DNA of 64,000 nucleotides from an uncultured Actinomycetes bacterium (GTDB lineage Bacteria; Actinomycetota; Coriobacteriia; Anaerosomatales; CAVRZR01): NCBI GenBank assembly GCA_963725795.1, contig CAVRZR010000003.1, positions 517,566 to 581,565 of the forward strand, read 5' to 3'. Shown piece by piece: positions 10,347 to 21,143 of this stretch (position 1 is its first letter; each line of letters starts with the position of its first letter). The notes under the pieces were generated by a model. It saw only the letters and a program-made list of their open reading frames with translations, ran no database searches and was not told where the DNA came from. The position numbers and the translations under genes were made by a program.

Positions 10347-12692
10347 GTGCGACGCAGGGTGTCTTGGTGTTCGCTCTTTCCGTGGCGGTGCTGGTTGCCA
10401 CAGCGGCGTCGGCGTTCGCCTGGGGCAACGGTCCCGCGTGCGGAGTAGGTTTCGGTACGCACGACTGGGTGCTCGACTGAAGCCAAGCGTCTTGCGGGCA
10501 ATCCATCTTGGCTGAGGACGTCTGTCGCGCTCTCGGCGACGGCCGAACCGGACACGGTGACCCGGGACACCCACTACCACTTCTACGATGCTGGGGCACC
10601 CGCTACGGCAATGCGCCGAGGAAGGTGGCATCCCTGTTTGCGCTCGCCGCCAAGGCGTACAGGACCGGGACTATCGCGCTGCGAGCAGGTACGTCGGCCT
10701 GCTCTCGCACTACTACTCGGACACGTGCGAGCCGCTTCACACGGAAAGGACCTCGGCGGGGACAGCGATGCACTACGAGTTCGAGAATTCGGTCGACCTC
10801 TTGGCCGATGTGCCCGGGAGAGAACCGCTCGTGGATCAAGAGCGACGGATTCCAGCGCGTCACGAATATCACCGCGAAGACGAAACGGCTGCGGGTCTCG
10901 CCCATGGATACTACGGTTCGCTCGTTTCGGAGTACTCGCTCTTCGGGATGGATGCGTCGGTCGCTCGATGACTCGCGTCGTGCTCGTCGCGCTGTGAACG
11001 ACCTCGCGGACGTGATCCGCTCGATTCCCACGGCTGCGACCAAGGGAGCCGGCGTCGCCTCGCCGCCGATGGGCTGCGCGCCGGCGACCGCAACGGTCAC
11101 GGGGTGATCCGCGACAGCTGCGGACCGGTCGCGGGCGCGGTCGTCCGCGTACAGGCGAGCGCATGCAGCACGCTCTCGAGCGCCAGAGGCTGCTTCTCGC
11201 TGGAGGTGCCGGCGGATACGACCGGAACCCTCTCAGCTTGGGCGCCCGGCTACTTCATCGAGGGAAACGTGCCGTTGGTGCGGGGTGCAACAGGAGATAA
11301 CGATCGTGTTGAGGCGCATCGCCCTCGGCGACGAGCCGGCGTACGCTGTGGCGCTCGGTGTCCGGCACTGGAGGAGGCGGGCGAGAGCTCTGCGTGCGAG
11401 ATCTGTCACAGCGCCGCAGGCACCGGACTGAACCTGGACTTGCCCGTGGAACAGTGGCAGAAGGATGCTCATTCGCGGTCTGCCCTCAATCCCAGGTTCC
11501 TCACTATGTACGCGGGGACCGACCTGGCCGGCAACCAGAGCCCGCTCACGCGATACGCGCAGACTCGCGACTACGGACGCATTCCCCTGAGGCCCGATCC
11601 GTCGAAGCCCTACTTCGGACCGGGATACCGACTCGACTTCCCGGCGACGTCGGGCAATTGCGCGACCTGCCACGTGCCGGTGGCCGCAGCGAACGATCCC
11701 TTCGGCATCGATGTCCGCACGGTTACGGGTGTCGCGGCGTGAGGGCGTCGCCTGCGACTTCTGCCACAAGGTCTGGGACGTGCGTCTCGACCCGAACACG
11801 AGACTGCCCGAACCAGGGCTGCCGGGAGTGTTGTCGTTCAAGTTGCGTCGTCCGTCTGCGGGGCATCAGTTCTTCGCGGGGCCGTTCGACGACGTGGCTC
11901 CCGGCGACGACACTTACACGCCCGTGCAGCGAGAAAGCGCGTACTGCGCGCCGTGCCACCGGGGAATGTTCTGGGGCGTGCTCGTCTACGACTCCTACGG
12001 CGAGTGGCTGGCAAGCCCGTACAGCGATCCGAAGACGGGGAAGACGTGCCAGGACTGCCACATGCCTCGCACGGGCGCATCGCACTTCGCCTTGCCGCGC
12101 AAGGGCGGGCGGGCCCGCGATCCTGACACCCTTCGTAGTCACACGATGCCCGGCGCGGCCGACGCGGTGCTGCTGCGTAACGCGGTGTCGATGACCGTCT
12201 CGCCCACGCGGCGCGAAGGCGAGATCGTCGTAGACATCGCGATCGTCAACGACCGCACCGGGCATCACGTTCCCACGGATTCGCCCCTCCGGAACGTCCT
12301 GTTGATCGTCTCGGCCACCGATGCAGTACCGGTCGACCACTCGCGCAGGTCGGTGGACCCGGGTGCCCGACTGGGGCGGGCAAGGCGATCCTGCTGAGGG
12401 CTACTACGCGGGTCAGCCGGGAACGGCGTTCGCGAAGGTGCTCGAGGAGCTGTGGACGCGAGTCACGCCGACGGGCGCCTACTGGAAGCAGACTCGGCTT
12501 GTCTCCGACAACCGCATCCCCGCATTCGGCCGCAACGACACGACGTACCGGTTCGCGGAACCGCAATCAGGTGAGGTTCGCGTTCATGTGCGCCTGCTCT
12601 TCCGCCGCGCGTTCATCGAACTCGCCGATCAGAAGGGGTGGAAGGACCCGGATATCGTGATGGCCGAGTACACGAAGGTGCTTTCCCGTTAG
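10347..12692 (+). pseudogene. Secreted mosaic protein (Zn-phospholipase-C/P1-nuclease-like + CarboxypepD_reg-like + pentahaem cytochrome c) broken by at least 8 frame shifts
   Basis: The reading hops between all three + frames.
- Signal peptide: VRRRV / LVFALSVAVLVATAASAFA|W.
- PLC-like blocks: GTHDWVLD / EAKRLAGNPSW..DTHYHFYD / WGTRYGNAPRKVASLFALAAKAYRTG / DYRAASRYVGLLSHYYSDTCEPLHT..HYEFENSVD.
- CarboxypepD_reg-like: VIRDSCGPVAGAVVRVQ.
- CxxCH motifs at 11393, 11659, 11753, 11945 and 12048.
- Ends at TAG 12690-12692. Confidence 0.6.
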
Positions 12693-12715
12693 GCGACAAC
12701 CGAGGTGATTTCGTG

Positions 12716-15222
12716 ATGAAGAAGCTTCTCGCTGCGGTCCTCACGCTCTGCGTCGTCGGGGTCCTTCCTGCTTCCGGAGTGACGCTTGCCGACGTCGGGT
12801 CCGGGGCGAGTGTAACGAGTCCCACATGGGTCCGCACCGGCGGCCCCGTGGGTGGGATGGGCTACGACATCCGCTTTAAGTCGTCGGATCCGAGTCGGAT
12901 GTATGTCACCGACGCCTTCGCTGGGGTGTTTGGAGTGGCGATTCCGGGCGCACTTGGGCGCCCAGCAACGAGGGGATCACCGTTCGCTCGGGCGAGTCTG
13001 GCGACGGCGTGCCTGTGTTCTGTCTGACAGTCGATGCGAACCATCCCGATACGATCTGGATTGGCACGCAGGGCATTCGCGGAGTGTACCGGTCGGACGA
13101 CGGCGGGGAACACTGGGTCGAGAAGGTGAACGGGATCGTCGAGTCCGAGGGCATAACGTTCAGGGGTTTCACAGTGGATCCTCGCGATCCTGACGTGGTC
13201 TACGGCGCGGCGGAGATCTCCAGCTTCGCGTGGGCAGACACCGAACGTCGAGGCCGAGAGTTCGACATGGTCAAGGGCGTTGTCTACAAGACGACGGACG
13301 GCGGCGGGCACTGGGACGCGATCTGGCGAGGCGACAATCTCGCCCGCTACGTCTGGCTCGATCCGCGCAACCCTGACGTCGTCTACGTCTCGACCGGCAT
13401 CTTCGACAGGGAAGCGGCTAACTCCGACCCCGTTTCGGGGAAACCGGGAGGGGTCGGGATCATCAAGAGCACCGACGGCGGTCGGACGTGGCGGTCGATG
13501 GTGAACGGACTGCGGAACCTATACGTCGGTAGCCTCTTCATGCATCCCACCAACCCAGACATCTTGATCGCGGGAGCGGGCAACGTTCAGTACTCCGCCA
13601 ACCAGGGCGTCTACCTGACAACGAACGGAGGATCGAGTTGGCGTCACACGCTCGGAGACGAGCTGATCACCGCCGTGGAGTTCTCAACGTCCGACCCACG
13701 AATCGCCTACGCGGGCGGCCGCAACTCGATCTATCGAAGTACCGACGGAGGGAGGACGTGGCGCAGGATGACCCCTCTGGAACCGTGGGGTTCGCCAGGC
13801 ATAGCCGCCGGCTTCCCGATTGACTTCCAGGTGGATCCGATGAACCCAAACCGCGTGTTCGCCAACAACTACGGCGGAGGCAACGTCCTCAGCAAGGACG
13901 GCGGTCGTACGTGGGTGAACGCTAGCCAAGGCTACACCGGGGCGCAGGTCCGCGGCATTGCCGTTGACCCAGTTCACGCCCAGAAGGCTTACTGCGCCGC
14001 TAGGAGCGGCATCTTTCGCAGTACCGATAGCGGTTCGATCTGGCACGGTACCGGATACCCGCCAGCGAACCAGACTGAGTACTGGGCCGTTGCGGTCGAT
14101 CCGGTGGGCGGAAGCCACTTACTTGCGGCCCAGAACGTGACCGGTGGTGTCTTCGCGAGCTATGACGGAGGTGCTTCGTGGCGGGCGACGACAGCCTTCC
14201 TCCCCTGGGGCTTCGCGTTCAGGACTCTAGCCTTTGCATCAAACGACCCGAGGGTAGTCTACGCCGGCACGGGCCGGTACCTCTCCGCCGGGGCCTTCTG
14301 GGATGACCTACCAGCTTCAGGCGTGTACGTGTCTGGGGACGGCGGGCAGACGTGGCGCAAGCCGATTGGCGCGTTCTCGGACGCCCATGTGGCAGCGTTG
14401 GCCGTCGACCCCCTGCGGGCGGCACGGGTGTTTGCGGCGACGAACTATGGCGTCCTTGAGTCCGAGGACGGTGGTCTGACTTGGGCGAGGCCCGACGACG
14501 GTCTCCCCACGAACCCGCCGGCAGCGATATCTGTCGCAATCGACCCGCACGATAGGGCGACAGTGCTCGCCAGCTACAACGGCGCGGGTGTGTATCGTTC
14601 CGTCGATGGGGGAGTGTCCTGGACCAGGAGTGTCTCGGGACTCCCACCCGAGGCCTTCATCTCCTCCATCGTGTTCTCGCTAGCGGATCCCTCGGTAGTC
14701 TTCGCTGCCGACCGACGATCGGGCGTCTACCGTTCAACCGACGGCGGCGTCACGTGGTCGCCGCTCGGACAGGATCTCGGATTCCGTGCCGTCAACGCCC
14801 TGGCGCTATCTTCCGACGGGGAACACCTGTATGCGGCCACGGAGGGTGGCGGCGTGTATCGACTCGATCTCTCGGGCACACCGCCTGCCACGTACAAGGT
14901 TCCGCCCGCTGCCGCCTTAACGCGTCCACGGGCGATCCGATACGCCATATCGCGCTCGAGCAGCTTCGCGATCTCAGGCTCGGTGAGCCCGGGCCATGCC
15001 ACTTCTGGCTCTGTTCTGTGCGAGAAGTACGTCGCCGGCCGCTGGAAGACGGTCGCCGCATACACTCGCTCTTGGATATCGCCAGTCTCTGGTTCCTACC
15101 GGGTGATCTATCGGCTTCCGGCAGGGAGGTACCGCTTCAGGGCAACACATGGGTCGAGCGCATCGACCAGTTGCCATCTGCGCGGTCTGAGCGCGTTCTC
15201 ACGTGCGGTCACGGTGAAGTAG
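12716..15222 (+). CDS. Secreted BNR/Asp-box repeat beta-propeller protein (sortilin/VPS10- or GH74-like) with a C-terminal Ig-like domain; one frame break near 12930
   Basis: Signal peptide MKKLLAAVLTLCVVGVLPASG. About a dozen S-x-D-x-G-x-x-W boxes (SDDGGEHW, TTDGGGHW, STDGGRTW, SKDGGRTW, SGDGGQTW...). The N-terminal 70 aa are in frame 2 and the rest in frame 1. Confidence 0.75.
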
Positions 15223-15354
15223 GCACAGAGGTACTGGCTCGCAGTCAGGCAGGGCTCGATTCTCCGCCGGAACGGTCCGTGCTACATTGCACTCGCGAGG
15301 TTCCCGCCGGGGGCGGGCGGACAGCTCACTCGCATTCGTCCTAAGGGGGACTCG

Positions 15355-16842
15355 ATGCACACTATGCGCAGGCTCGTACTCTCTGCAACGCTCCTCGCCG
15401 TGATCGTCACGGTGGTACCCATGGGTGCCGTAGCGGCGACATCGCTTTCCGGCGAGCCAGTAGCGGTAAAGATTGCCGTCGCTGCTCCTCTGACGGGCGG
15501 CGGTCAGACATACGGCCAGGGGATGCAACGCGGAACCGAACTCGCAGTCAGGGCCAACGCTTCGGCACTCGCCTCCGCGGGTGTTTCGATCGCGGTGGCG
15601 CCGATGGATGATCAGGGCGATCCTGCAATTGCCACCGCCAACGCGGGCAGCATCGTCGCAGATACCTCCATCCTCGGAGTGGTTGGTCATCTCAATTCGG
15701 GATGCTCGATCTCCGCAGCACCGGTGTACGCGACCGCGAATCTCGCGATGGTCTCGCCTGCATCCAGCAATGAAGCGCTGACAAAGCTGGGTCTGAAGAA
15801 CGTCTTCCGGACGTGCGCCACTGACGGCGCGCAAGGTACGTACGCTGCCGATACTGTCGTGCGAAACCTACGCCTGGCGCGCGCATTCGTGGTCAACGAT
15901 TCGACACCCTACGGCGCGGGCCTGGCATCCGCGTTCGCGAAGCGGTTCGTCGCCGACGGCGGCAAGGTTGCAGGCACCGCCAAGACGGAATCCGCCGACA
16001 AGGTCTTCACGGCACTCGTTACGAAGATCAAAGCCGCGAGACCCACGGTCGTCTACTACGGCGGGGTGTACAACTCGGGTGCGTTGCTCGCCAAGCAGCT
16101 CAAGGCCAGGGGCGTGATCGCGATGTTCGCCGGCGGCGACGGCCTCGTCGCCTCAGAGTACGTGACCTTGGCGGGCAAGACCGCCGCGAACGGCACACTC
16201 GCGACCAGCGGAGGGTTGCCGTTCGACCAGATGCCCAAGGGCAGTGAATTCAAAGCGGCCTTCGACGCCGCCTTCCCCGGCGAGTCGATCGCCCCGTTCG
16301 ACACGTACGCCTACGATGCCGCGACAGCAATCATCAAGGCGATCATCGCCGTCGCTCAGGAGAGCGGCGCACAAGCGCTCGTCGGCACCGGCGGGCGCGA
16401 AGCAGTGGGCGGCAAGGTTGCAGCGTCACAATTCTCTGGCGTGACGGGGAACGTGGCATTCGATTCGGTCGGCGACACCAAGTACCCGGCGTTCGGCGTA
16501 TTGCGCGTACAGTCCGGCGTTTGGAGGTCGTGCGCGCAGGTGGGCAAGCCTGCATTGGCGGCCACGGTGCGCACCAACCGGACATTCACTGTTTCGTCGC
16601 TGCTCAGGCCGCACCACACCGTAGGCAGCAAGGCCGTCGTTCTGAGGTTCTGGCGCAAAGTGGGCGCGGTGTGGATGCCTGGTCCTGTCGTGACCGCAGT
16701 CGCTGCGAATTCGGGCAACTTCTCGCGTTGCTCGGCGAAGGTCAAACTAGCGGCGACAGGAACGTGGCGAGTCGTCGCCACGCACTCCGACGGGGTACAT
16801 GGGTCCATGGATAGCGTCGTCAGCGCCTTCAGGGTGCGATAG
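15355..16842 (+). CDS. Branched-chain-amino-acid-type (LivJ/Peripla_BP_6-like) substrate-binding protein with an extra C-terminal Ig-like domain
   Basis: Signal peptide without a lipobox. 'IKIAVAAPLTGGGQTYGQGMQRGTELAV' and 'VVGHLNSGCSISAAPVY' fit type-I binding proteins. The last ~100 aa are an added beta-rich module. No permease or ATPase genes are adjacent. Confidence 0.75.
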   Translation: MHTMRRLVLSATLLAVIVTVVPMGAVAATSLSGEPVAVKIAVAAPLTGGGQTYGQGMQRGTELAVRANASALASAGVSIAVAPMDDQGDPAIATANAGSIVADTSILGVVGHLNSGCSISAAPVYATANLAMVSPASSNEALTKLGLKNVFRTCATDGAQGTYAADTVVRNLRLARAFVVNDSTPYGAGLASAFAKRFVADGGKVAGTAKTESADKVFTALVTKIKAARPTVVYYGGVYNSGALLAKQLKARGVIAMFAGGDGLVASEYVTLAGKTAANGTLATSGGLPFDQMPKGSEFKAAFDAAFPGESIAPFDTYAYDAATAIIKAIIAVAQESGAQALVGTGGREAVGGKVAASQFSGVTGNVAFDSVGDTKYPAFGVLRVQSGVWRSCAQVGKPALAATVRTNRTFTVSSLLRPHHTVGSKAVVLRFWRKVGAVWMPGPVVTAVAANSGNFSRCSAKVKLAATGTWRVVATHSDGVHGSMDSVVSAFRVR

Positions 16843-17207
16843 AGCCCGCCAGCGTGCTGCCAAACAGCCGGGCGCCCCGCGACGGTGCCCGGCTCGCTTG
16901 CCAGCCACCGAGACCTCAGTTCGAGCTGGCGACACGGCCGGAGCCTCGGTGCCGTTGGCTGGCGGCCTCCGTGTGCCGTGGTGTCTTTGGCGCGACGCGC
17001 GGGATTCGATGTCCGTCCGCGGGCCTGGCGGAGAAGTCAGACGGGGGTGCGCTCCCGCCCCAGCGGCCAGGCGAACGCGCTCGCGGGAATGGGCGCGCGC
17101 CTACGCATACCGGGAGCCGCTTCACGCGGCGCGCCCCAGCGGATACACTCACTCGGCTGGCCACCCTCGCGTGCGTCAGCTCGCGTACCGAAGCGCCCGA
17201 GGAGCCC

Positions 17208-19469
17208 ATGCCCGTCGACCTCTCATCTCTCAACGAAGCCCAGCGCGAGGCCGTCCTCGCGACCGAGGGCCCGCTGCTCGTGCTTGCCGGCGCCGGTTCG
17301 GGCAAGACGCGCGTCCTGACGTACCGGATCGCGCACATCGTCGGCGACCTCGGAGTCTCATCTGCGGAGATACTCGCGATCACCTTCACCAACAAGGCCG
17401 CCGAGGAGATGCGTACCAGACTCGGTGAGCTCGTCGGCGCTGGCGTCCGCTCCATGTGGGTCATGACCTTCCACGCGATGTGCGTCCGCATGCTGCGGTT
17501 CGATGCCGAGAAGGTCGGCTTCACCAGGAACTTCAGCATTTACGACGACGACGATCGCAAGCGCATGATCTCGCGCGTGCTGAGCGAACTCGGCATCGAC
17601 GACAAGCGATATCCGCCCAATGCGATCGGCGCGCGCATATCGACCGCGAAGAACGAACTCGTGACGCCCGACGAGTTCGGGGCACGAGCGGTCTCGCCGC
17701 TCGACAAGGTCGCCGCGAAGGTGTTCCCACGCATACAGCAGCGGATGCGCGAGGCGAATGCGATGGACTTCGACGACCTTCTCGTCGAGGCACATCGGCT
17801 GCTGGCCGAGAACCCCGAGGTTCTCGCTGCCTACCGAGATCGTTTCCGCTACCTCCACGTCGACGAATACCAGGACACGAATCACGCGCAGTACCGGCTC
17901 GTGAACCTGCTCGCCGGTGGTTACCGCAACCTGATGGTCGTCGGCGATGATGACCAGTCGATCTACTCGTGGCGGGGCGCAGACATACAGAACATCCTCG
18001 ACTTCGAGCGCGACTACCCTGACGCCACGGTCGTCAAGCTCGAGCAGAACTACCGCTCCACGGCGCGCATCCTCATGTGCGCGAACGCGGTGGTGGCGAA
18101 CAACCAGGGTCGCAAGGCGAAGAAGCTCTACACGGCGAACGCCGAAGGCGAGAAGATCGCCTCGTACCTCGCGAGCGACGAGCGCGACGAGGCCCGCTTC
18201 ATCGCCGCGGAGATCGAGCGGTTGAAGCGCGAAGAGCATCGCGGATACTCGGAATTCGCCATCTTCTACAGGACGAACGCGCAGTCACGCGCGATCGAGG
18301 ATGCGTTCATGCGCGCCGGCGTCCCGTACCGCATTGTCGGCGGTACTCGCTTCTTCGACCGCGCCGAGATCCGTGACGTGACCGCGTATCTCAAAGTGGT
18401 TGTGAATCCCGCGGACGAGATATCGCTTCGGCGCGTCGTCAACCGGCCGAAACGTGGGATCGGCGACACGACGTTGGAGAAGGTGGACTTCGAAGCACGC
18501 ATGCGCGGGATCGCCTTCGAAGCCGCGCTTCGTGCAGCTGCCGACGAGGACTGGCTCGGAGGCGGGCCGCGGACGCGCATCATCGGCTTCCTGCAACTGC
18601 TCGATGAGTTGCGTGAGGAGGCGGCGCGCGGTGACACGCTTCGCGACCTGGTAGAGGCGATCGTCACTCGCAGCGGGCTCGTCTCTGCGCTCGAGGCGGA
18701 ACGCACCGACGAGGCGCTGTCTCGAGCCGACAATATCCGCGAATTCTTCGGCGTGGCCGAGGAGTACTCGGCGACGCATGAGGGGGCAGACCTCGGCGGG
18801 TTCATGGAATGGCTCGCGCTGCGGACGGACTTGGACACGCTCGTCGAGGGCGAGAGCGCAGCGACGCTCATGACCGTCCACTCAGCGAAGGGTCTCGAGT
18901 ACCCTGTCGTCTTCATGGCGGGCATGGAGGACTCGATCTTCCCCCACCAGAACTCGATGTTCGACCCCGAGGGCCTCGAGGAGGAACGTCGCCTCGCCTA
19001 CGTGGGCATCACGCGTGCCCGCGAGCGCCTGTACCTCACGTACGCGCACACGCGAAGCCTGTACGGCTCGACGCAGTACAACCCGCCGAGCCGCTTCCTG
19101 GGCGAGATTCCCGACGAGCATGTCGCGGCCGCGGGAGTCGGGTCGCTGGGTATGGGTGGCACCGGCTGGGGCCGACGAGGCGAGGGGCGGGGCGGGCCGT
19201 CATACGGGAGCGGCCCGGCTGGCACATCGGGCGCTGATGGCACTCGGGGTGCGGGCGGTCGCGTCTTCGGCGCGGGCGCACCGCGACAGGCTCCGCGGCA
19301 GCAGCAGGCGACCGAGACGTTCGAGGTAGGCGCACGCGTGGAGCACAAGGTCTTCGGTCTCGGTACCGTCACGGCGGTTGACGGAGACAAGCTCACGGTG
19401 GCTTTCGACACCGCTGGAAGCAAGACCCTCCTCGCGGGTTACGCGCCCCTACGCAACGTGAGAGACTGA
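17208..19469 (+). CDS. pcrA: ATP-dependent DNA helicase PcrA/UvrD
   Basis: ATG 17208 follows GAGGAG. 'LNEAQREAV', Walker A 'AGAGSGKT' and 'VDEYQDTN' are present, plus a Gly-rich linker and a C-terminal Tudor-like end. The 871-aa ORF extension upstream is not protein-like. Confidence 0.95.
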   Translation: MPVDLSSLNEAQREAVLATEGPLLVLAGAGSGKTRVLTYRIAHIVGDLGVSSAEILAITFTNKAAEEMRTRLGELVGAGVRSMWVMTFHAMCVRMLRFDAEKVGFTRNFSIYDDDDRKRMISRVLSELGIDDKRYPPNAIGARISTAKNELVTPDEFGARAVSPLDKVAAKVFPRIQQRMREANAMDFDDLLVEAHRLLAENPEVLAAYRDRFRYLHVDEYQDTNHAQYRLVNLLAGGYRNLMVVGDDDQSIYSWRGADIQNILDFERDYPDATVVKLEQNYRSTARILMCANAVVANNQGRKAKKLYTANAEGEKIASYLASDERDEARFIAAEIERLKREEHRGYSEFAIFYRTNAQSRAIEDAFMRAGVPYRIVGGTRFFDRAEIRDVTAYLKVVVNPADEISLRRVVNRPKRGIGDTTLEKVDFEARMRGIAFEAALRAAADEDWLGGGPRTRIIGFLQLLDELREEAARGDTLRDLVEAIVTRSGLVSALEAERTDEALSRADNIREFFGVAEEYSATHEGADLGGFMEWLALRTDLDTLVEGESAATLMTVHSAKGLEYPVVFMAGMEDSIFPHQNSMFDPEGLEEERRLAYVGITRARERLYLTYAHTRSLYGSTQYNPPSRFLGEIPDEHVAAAGVGSLGMGGTGWGRRGEGRGGPSYGSGPAGTSGADGTRGAGGRVFGAGAPRQAPRQQQATETFEVGARVEHKVFGLGTVTAVDGDKLTVAFDTAGSKTLLAGYAPLRNVRD

Positions 19470-19504
19470 AGGCTGGACGGGACCGGGCAGTGGTGGAGGT
19501 CTGA

Positions 19505-21131
19505 ATGGGTCCGGTACTGGTGTTCGGCCATCGCAATCCCGACAACGACTCCGTCTGCTCGGCGGTCGCCTACGCGCATCTGAAGAACCTCACCGATCCG
19601 GAGAACGTCTACGTTCCGGTCCGCCTCGGTCCTGCGCCGCGCGAGACCGAGCACGTCTTCAATCGCTTCGGCTTCGAGATGCCCGAGGAGATCGGGCACG
19701 TGCATACGCGCGTCCAGGACGTCATGACCGAGGACGTGGTCACCGTCGACGCTTCGGAAACCCTGCTCGAGGCGGGGCGACTCATGCGCGAGAACAACGT
19801 GCGCGCCCTGCCTGTGGTGGCGGACGGCATCGTGAGGGGACTGGTGAGCGTCAACACGCTCGCCTCGAGGTACATCGACGAGATCGCGCTGCAGGGCTTT
19901 CGAACGAATCCCACCGAGGTAGGACTCCTCGCGCACGTGTTGGGCGCCGAGATCGTACTCGGCGATCCGGGTATGCGGCTCGACGGAGACGTGCTGATCG
20001 GTGCGATGGAGCCGGAGACCATGGTCGGCTACATCAAGCCGGGCGACATGCTCATCTTGGGCGACCGGGTGCGCACGCAACCGCGGGCGCTCGAGGCGGG
20101 GGCTGCCTGCCTCATCCTCACCGGCGGCGCTCGGCCCGCCAAAGCCGTGCTCGATCTGGCGACCGCCAAGGGTGCGGCCTTGATCGTCACCGGATACGAC
20201 ACCTTCTCCGCGGCACGACTGGTCGGCCTCTCGTATCGCGTGGGCGAGCTGATGGATGCCAGCGTGCTCCTTGTGCAACCGGACACGCTTCTCGCAGAGG
20301 CGACGGAGGATCTGTCTGGCGTCACCGACCCGTGACGCGGTGGTAGTCGACCAGAGCGGTGCCCCGGTCGGTATGCTCACGCGCACCAACGTGGCGCGCG
20401 GCCTTCGGCGGCGCGTGATCCTGGTCGATCACAACGAGGCAGCACAGTCTGCTGCCGGGATCGAGGAGGCGTCCGTTCTCGAGATCGTCGACCACCATCG
20501 TGTCGGCAGCATCGAGACGAGCGGGCCAATCATGTTCCTGAACCTCCCCGTGGGATCCACGGCGAGCATCGTCGCGACTCGCTACGAGGCGTTGGACGTG
20601 CAGGTGCCCCCCGCCATTGCGGGCCTGCTCCTGTCGGCGGTGATGACCGACACCGTCTTGCTCAAGTCCCCGACCACCACGGACATGGACCGGGAGGTCG
20701 CCTCCCGTCTCAGCCGGATCGCCGGCGTCGACGCGCTCGAGTTCGGTATGGAGGTCTTCCGGTCGCGCAGCGCGGGCGAAGTCTTCTCTGCGGAGCGTGT
20801 CGTCGGCGCGGACGTGAAGGAATACCGGGTCGGGGACGTCGTCGCGGCTGTCGGCCAGTTCGAAACGGTCTCGCTGAGTGCGGTCATGGATCACGCGGAC
20901 GAGTTGCTCTCTGCGATGGAAGCGCTGCGCGAGCGACGCGGTCTCGACCTCGTGGTCCTGATGGTGACGGACATAGTCCGCGAGGGCAGCGAGATGCTCG
21001 CCGTGGGCAAGGTGAGACTCGCCGAGCGTGCATTCGGCGTCTCGTTCGACGGGGGTTCTGTGTGGATGGACGGCGTGTTGTCCCGTAAGAAGCAGGTCGC
21101 GGCCCGGCTTGCCGAGGCCGCAGGGGTGTAG
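19505..21131 (+). CDS. CBS-domain family II inorganic pyrophosphatase (DHH-CBS-DRTGG-CBS-DHHA2); one frame break near 20315
   Basis: 'VFGHRNPDNDSVCSAVAYA' (DHH), CBS/DRTGG insert ('ILTGGARP'), then 'ILVDHNE...IVDHHR' and the DHHA2 end. The two halves lie in frames 2 and 3 and join at ...EATEDL/LASPTRDAVVVD. Confidence 0.85.
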
Positions 21132-21143
21132 GAGCGCACGGCG

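Noticed and set aside
16990-17025. tRNA- or tmRNA-like T-arm (GCGGGATTCGATGTCCGTCCGC).
   Set aside because: The stem halves do not pair (GCGGG vs GTCCG). No acceptor or anticodon arms can be built, and no CCA-proximal structure is present.
16854-17207. N-terminal extensions that make giant ORFs: the 871-aa pcrA ORF, the 561-aa ORF 30523-32208, the 667-aa ORF 60947-62950, the 639-aa ORF 43098-45017, and the 595-aa ORF 26608-28395.
   Set aside because: In each case the family-conserved N-terminus starts at an internal ATG, GTG or TTG with a Shine-Dalgarno sequence. The extension is not protein-like, or it overlaps a real gene on the other strand or frame (NUDIX, SDR, ligA, apgM-like).
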